Virus record (IMG/VR): IMGVR_UViG_3300009086_000027
Location: 1-48,411 of that record
Origin: a virus
Taxonomy: Duplodnaviria; Caudoviricetes
DNA: 48,411 bases
Direction: 5' to 3' (one strand)
The translations under genes were made by a program, and so were the position numbers. Below are positions 44,293-48,411 of this stretch, piece after piece (positions within the stretch are counted from its first letter, which is position 1; each line of letters opens with the position of its first letter). Under the pieces are notes generated by a model that saw only the letters and a list, made by a program, of their open reading frames with translations, was not told where the DNA came from and did no database searches.

Positions 44293-46386
44293 TTACATTC
44301 CGTTAGGTCTTGGGGACATAAAATTACTCTCGCGCCCACCAACTTGAGAACCATCGGGTAACATATTCTTACCTTCTGGGGCTGCTTGTGATGGTTGACC
44401 GCGCTGAGCTTCTTGAACAGCGCCCATAACTTGCTGTAACTGTTGTTGCAACTGCTGGATAACTTGTTGCTGTTGTTCGATAGTGCTAATCTGCTGGCGG
44501 TCAGGGACAATGCGGTCCACGTTACCGTTTAGATTACTAGCCGCAGAACGCAACAACTCAGCCGCACCATCCATGCCAACAATCTGCTGAGCAATCGGGT
44601 TAGTCAAGACGAGCTGCATAAACTCATTACGGCGGATAGCTTCAGCTTCTTTAACAACCAAACTATTAGCGCCACGAGCGACAACACTTACATCGCCGAT
44701 CAAATCAGGGTCTTCGCTATAGCGAAGGTTATCTTGATACAAGCGTTCAATAGCCGGGACAATAACGTTCTGGTCGATATTGCTGATAACCTGCTTAATG
44801 CCTTTACCAGCGTTGCTAATTAGCATCGACAAGCCAGATGAGGTACGCCCAGCACCGGGCGTATGTTCGCCCGTCATGTAGCGGGGAATCATTGTGTCCT
44901 CGTCCGCACGCGCAGAGAACTTCTCAAACACCGTTAGTAATTCACCTGCATTACTGTTTGGCTGGAAAAACTGAATAGGCTGTGAGCTGTCACCATAGTC
45001 AGAACTCTGGAACTGCCAGATCTTCCAAGGGTGCATCTCAGTGATGTCTTCGCCCGGGGGCAAGCGAGAGACGTTCACCCCGACCTGCGGGCCAGAGCTG
45101 ATGCCCATGTTGTTCGCCAAGCTGCGAGCAGTGGAGTTAACCATTGCCTGTGAATCACGGCACAAATCTGTAACGCCTTTGCCCTCAACGGCGCCGGGTA
45201 GGCTCTCGTAAGAAGTCAGGTAATACGGCTTGCGACCGAGTGGGTCGTAGTTCAGAACTGCGCGGATAACAGTGCCGCCGATCAACCAAACTTCGCAGGG
45301 ATAGCTAAGTGCTGGGTCTGGGATTTCTTTTTCAGTCAAGCCCCAGTCAAGCAGGTATTTACCCTGTACTGAGTCCCACAACTGTAAGGCGTCGATCAAG
45401 TCGTCTGTCGCAAGGGCGTCGGTTGTATTCTTACCCTCGGCTTCAGCTTTCGCAGAATCAGACCACAGCCATTCCTTCAGGCTACCGCCAGTGAAGTCGT
45501 CAAGGACGCTACGAATAGCATCGTTGTTATAGCCGGGCACATCAATCAGAGCCTGCAGGTTTTCTGCAGTCATGCGGTGGCGCTCAATAACGAACCCATC
45601 GTTAATGTCCCAAGCCCACGGAGCCCAGTACAACATGAACGGGTCAACGCGCTCCCACTCGTTACGAATAGCTTGTGTCGGGACTAGCTTTCCGTTTTGC
45701 CAAGTCATTGTCTTGCGACGACGCTTGATGGGGCCTTTCATAGCCGCGAACGGGAACGTTACAACATCATCCAAAAACTCGTTAAAGGATTTCGCCCAGT
45801 TGCCTTCGGCAAGCTGGTCTTCCATTTTCTTTTCCATGCGCTTTACGCGATCCGCTGCTTCTTCTTGCATTTCGCGAGAAGCGCGGTCTTTCATCTGGAT
45901 AGCAATAGCGCGAAGCTCGTCTTCGCTTGGCGGCTGCATGCCTTGCTGCATCATCGCCATCAACTCTTGCTGCATCTTAGCTTGTAACTCAGCGATGCGC
46001 TCTGGGGGAATCTCAGCTATAGGCGTCGGGTCAATCGCCCAAGGTTTATCAGTGCCTGCGCCAAGCAACGTATCACGCAACCAACTTGTAGCAGCACGAC
46101 ACTTAACTGATGTCAAGTTAATGAAAATCTCTGAGCCGCCTTGCGACTTGATCGTCGCTAGCACATCTGGGTCGTATTCGCCGTTGCGCTGACGCAACCC
46201 CTGTAACATCCGCTCTTCTAAATCGCGCTTACCAGTCTTCGCAATATCCCAGCGCTTACGCACATGCGCGGCTAAACCCTGAATAACAGGTTGGTTCTGC
46301 ATATCATCGCTGCGCTTTTTCGCCTCGGCCTGAGCGTCGAGCTGCGTCGCTGTAACAACGGGAAATAATGCGATACCAGTAGCCAT
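44293..46386 (-). CDS. Portal protein
   Basis: 697 aa after terL; Gln-rich C-terminal barrel; GRTSSGLSML; size and position. Confidence 0.88.
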   Translation of the reverse strand: MATGIALFPVVTATQLDAQAEAKKRSDDMQNQPVIQGLAAHVRKRWDIAKTGKRDLEERMLQGLRQRNGEYDPDVLATIKSQGGSEIFINLTSVKCRAATSWLRDTLLGAGTDKPWAIDPTPIAEIPPERIAELQAKMQQELMAMMQQGMQPPSEDELRAIAIQMKDRASREMQEEAADRVKRMEKKMEDQLAEGNWAKSFNEFLDDVVTFPFAAMKGPIKRRRKTMTWQNGKLVPTQAIRNEWERVDPFMLYWAPWAWDINDGFVIERHRMTAENLQALIDVPGYNNDAIRSVLDDFTGGSLKEWLWSDSAKAEAEGKNTTDALATDDLIDALQLWDSVQGKYLLDWGLTEKEIPDPALSYPCEVWLIGGTVIRAVLNYDPLGRKPYYLTSYESLPGAVEGKGVTDLCRDSQAMVNSTARSLANNMGISSGPQVGVNVSRLPPGEDITEMHPWKIWQFQSSDYGDSSQPIQFFQPNSNAGELLTVFEKFSARADEDTMIPRYMTGEHTPGAGRTSSGLSMLISNAGKGIKQVISNIDQNVIVPAIERLYQDNLRYSEDPDLIGDVSVVARGANSLVVKEAEAIRRNEFMQLVLTNPIAQQIVGMDGAAELLRSAASNLNGNVDRIVPDRQQISTIEQQQQVIQQLQQQLQQVMGAVQEAQRGQPSQAAPEGKNMLPDGSQVGGRESNFMSPRPNGM

Positions 46387-46409
46387 AGATAAGTCCTTAG
46401 ATTACAGGA

Positions 46410-46437
46410 ATTGTACTCTTAGCAGTTATTTTATCAA
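46410..46437 (-). promoter_or_regulatory. Sigma70-like promoter upstream of portal
   Basis: TTGATA-16nt-TACAAT on minus. Confidence 0.55.
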
Positions 46438-47828
46438 GTGTAAAGAAATTTTGCGCGTTTTATCTCGCGCTTCGCGGTCTGAAGCCCAAAACCGCGAATA
46501 TTCATGTCAATAACTGCTGCGCCGTACTGGAGGGCGTCATGAATGTGGCTTGACTCGTTTTTATCTGGCTTATCTTCCAGTTCGCCGTTTCTTTTTACTT
46601 TATATCTGTACCCAGACCTAAAACCTTTGATAAGATTGGTACAGCGTGGGTCCACGAGGAACATGGCTTTGCCCTCGATTTGTTGATTTAGCAGGCGTTC
46701 CACAGCGGCGATACGCTTTTCCGGGTCATTTGTAGGCGGCTTAACGCACTTAAAACCAGCATTTTTCAGGGCGTCCACGAGGGTCATCTCGTTTAGCTGC
46801 TGTTTCATAAACCCGGCTGGGTCAGGCGCCACCACAAACTGGTACCCCGGATACGTGTTCGCGATGTGCGGATTTAACTTCGTCGTAATGAACGTCTCGA
46901 TTCCCATATTCTCGGACGTAATTTCCGAAAGCACCAGTACGCGACCACGCGGGTCCCGCTGCATGAAGACGGCTGCCGGTGTGCGGCCAAAGTCTAGTCC
47001 TATCGTGACTGGGTAGTCTGCGTTAGCTATCGGCCTTATCTCTTCGGGCGCTACATGGAACTCTTGGGTGAACGTTCGCTGGTAGACCGGGGTGCCTGAT
47101 AAAGACCGCCCAAACTTATTGTGGATATAGACATCAATCCAATCCTCAGATTTCCCCTCGGCAAGGGTCTCGTAATACCCCCTAACCAGATTGTCTTTCC
47201 AGTCTGCCTCGTCCGATAGCGCCGAAGGCTGCATGAATATTTCCGCTGTGCTGGGCGGGTCGCTCATGTACTCTTCCCAGAACGTGTCGGCGTCGGGTGC
47301 GTTAGTCGCTCCCCATATGTGGTGGTTAGGCTCCCCGTTGTCATCCACACAGCCGCCGTTGGCAACTGACGGATACCGGCCCACTCGACCTTGCAGAGCG
47401 TTGAAGATGTCTGGGTGAATTTCGCGGTACTCGTCAAGAACACCAAACGAACACTCTAGAGATAATAGACGGCGAACGTCGTTGGCGTCGTCCAACCCCC
47501 GGAATAGCACCTCGCACTCGACATCGTCGAAGCGCAAAAAGAACCGCTTATCTGTTCTAGCGAACGTGCCCGCTGGCCCCTCTGGGAACCAAGTCATAAA
47601 CGTGGGGATTGTTGCGTCTGTCAACATCTGGTTCGTGTTACGAACAATAACCGCTCGAGACCGTCGCTTCCCATCAGCGCCCTTGCGCATCTTCGCCGCG
47701 TGGTACGCGATTTTTAGCATCGCTGCCGATGATTTCCCCGAGCCGACTGGGCCAGATATAAGAGAAACAAACGCGTCACACGTTAAGAATGGCTCTAGCG
47801 TCTTAGATGGTGTGTAACTGATACTCAT
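46434..47828 (-). CDS. terL: Terminase large subunit
   Basis: GPVGSGKS Walker A, VLDE Walker B, GLDFG and SHIHDALQY nuclease motifs. Confidence 0.95.
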   Translation of the reverse strand: MSISYTPSKTLEPFLTCDAFVSLISGPVGSGKSSAAMLKIAYHAAKMRKGADGKRRSRAVIVRNTNQMLTDATIPTFMTWFPEGPAGTFARTDKRFFLRFDDVECEVLFRGLDDANDVRRLLSLECSFGVLDEYREIHPDIFNALQGRVGRYPSVANGGCVDDNGEPNHHIWGATNAPDADTFWEEYMSDPPSTAEIFMQPSALSDEADWKDNLVRGYYETLAEGKSEDWIDVYIHNKFGRSLSGTPVYQRTFTQEFHVAPEEIRPIANADYPVTIGLDFGRTPAAVFMQRDPRGRVLVLSEITSENMGIETFITTKLNPHIANTYPGYQFVVAPDPAGFMKQQLNEMTLVDALKNAGFKCVKPPTNDPEKRIAAVERLLNQQIEGKAMFLVDPRCTNLIKGFRSGYRYKVKRNGELEDKPDKNESSHIHDALQYGAAVIDMNIRGFGLQTAKREIKRAKFLYT

Positions 47829-48385
47829 ACGTAGTCGTCCCCTGCATACTGGTAGTCGTCAGGCTCTGCAAAGGTCGTTGGTACGTGAAAAGTGTCGTTT
47901 TTTGGCTCATTTTCGAGCTTTTCAGGGGTAATTTCTATCGCGTCTTCTACCTCTGGAGTCCCATTCGCGATGGTTTTTGCACCGCCCGTGAGGTTAAAAG
48001 TGATCGAAAAACCGGGTCCAGCAACCACATTTTGGTTGTTTTTGGGTATCGCATCAGCAATACTGACCATCGTATCGAAGACTTTCGCCCTAGCGGCTAG
48101 CGGTTGTTCCCTATCTTTAACGTCATGGTAAAGAGACGCCATCAAATCTTCGACCAAGATACGTGCTTTCGCTTGTAGCGAGTACCCGTTCTCTCGAAAC
48201 TCTTTTGAAAAGGCGTCGACATACCGCTGGAACATGGGGTTCGCAGCAATGGCATCGTATTCAGTCTGTGTGAAGCCTTCAGCCGCAATAACTTCTGCGA
48301 GAGGCCTCATGGCTCCTACGCTGTTCCTTGCGATAGATATGGCGAGTTCACGCAGCAACTGATCGGCAGCGATTGAGTTGTGCAT
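47825..48385 (-). CDS. Putative terminase small subunit
   Basis: ATGA overlap with terL; helical body with an FSITFNL beta strand. Confidence 0.65.
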   Translation of the reverse strand: MHNSIAADQLLRELAISIARNSVGAMRPLAEVIAAEGFTQTEYDAIAANPMFQRYVDAFSKEFRENGYSLQAKARILVEDLMASLYHDVKDREQPLAARAKVFDTMVSIADAIPKNNQNVVAGPGFSITFNLTGGAKTIANGTPEVEDAIEITPEKLENEPKNDTFHVPTTFAEPDDYQYAGDDYV

Positions 48386-48411
48386 AGGGGCGAATGTAAC
48401 ACAAGAAAAAA

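Noticed and set aside
14787-48131. Many + strand ORFs antisense to structural genes (e.g. 36574-37230, 39192-39713, 45572-46192)
   Set aside because: Shadow frames of long genes, with no recognisable motifs
1-48411. tRNA genes, integrase/att site, terminal repeats, alternative genetic code
   Set aside because: No cloverleaf or recombinase noticed; the ends do not match; genes are intact under the standard code with all three stops used

Overview
Most of a tailed dsDNA phage genome with podovirus-like architecture (no tape measure, sheath or tube gene recognised; ejection proteins present). The host is probably a Gram-negative, possibly betaproteobacterial, aquatic bacterium (inference from protein families). 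The window starts inside an early ORF and ends just upstream of the putative terS, so part of the early region is missing. The + strand (1-12.3 kb) carries small early genes, then a replication module: PolA (Leu762 type), Cas4-like exonuclease, VRR-NUC, SNF2 helicase, SSB-like protein, primase-DUF927 helicase, MazG-like pyrophosphatase and HNH. The - strand (48.4-14.5 kb) carries terminase, portal, scaffold, capsid, adaptors, two tail fibres, a lysis cassette, nozzle, a GNAT and three ejection proteins. The last ejection protein is a 2281-aa polyvalent protein with HExxH and ADP-ribosyltransferase domains. Between the two arms lie a separately promoted operon of six tiny genes (five Lys-rich, including a split DUF5872-like gene) and a divergent GNAT+HNH cassette. 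The best novelty candidates are: (1) a two-fibre/two-tip modular adhesin system with a shared C-terminal motif; (2) an ART cassette flanked by a duplicated linker; (3) the Lys-rich operon facing an acetyltransferase; (4) a GNAT next to an MGxxxS pilot protein with an S74 chaperone; (5) a multi-stem RNA element upstream of polA. All family calls come from motif recognition by eye; no database search was run. No integrase, tRNA, CRISPR or reverse transcriptase was seen.
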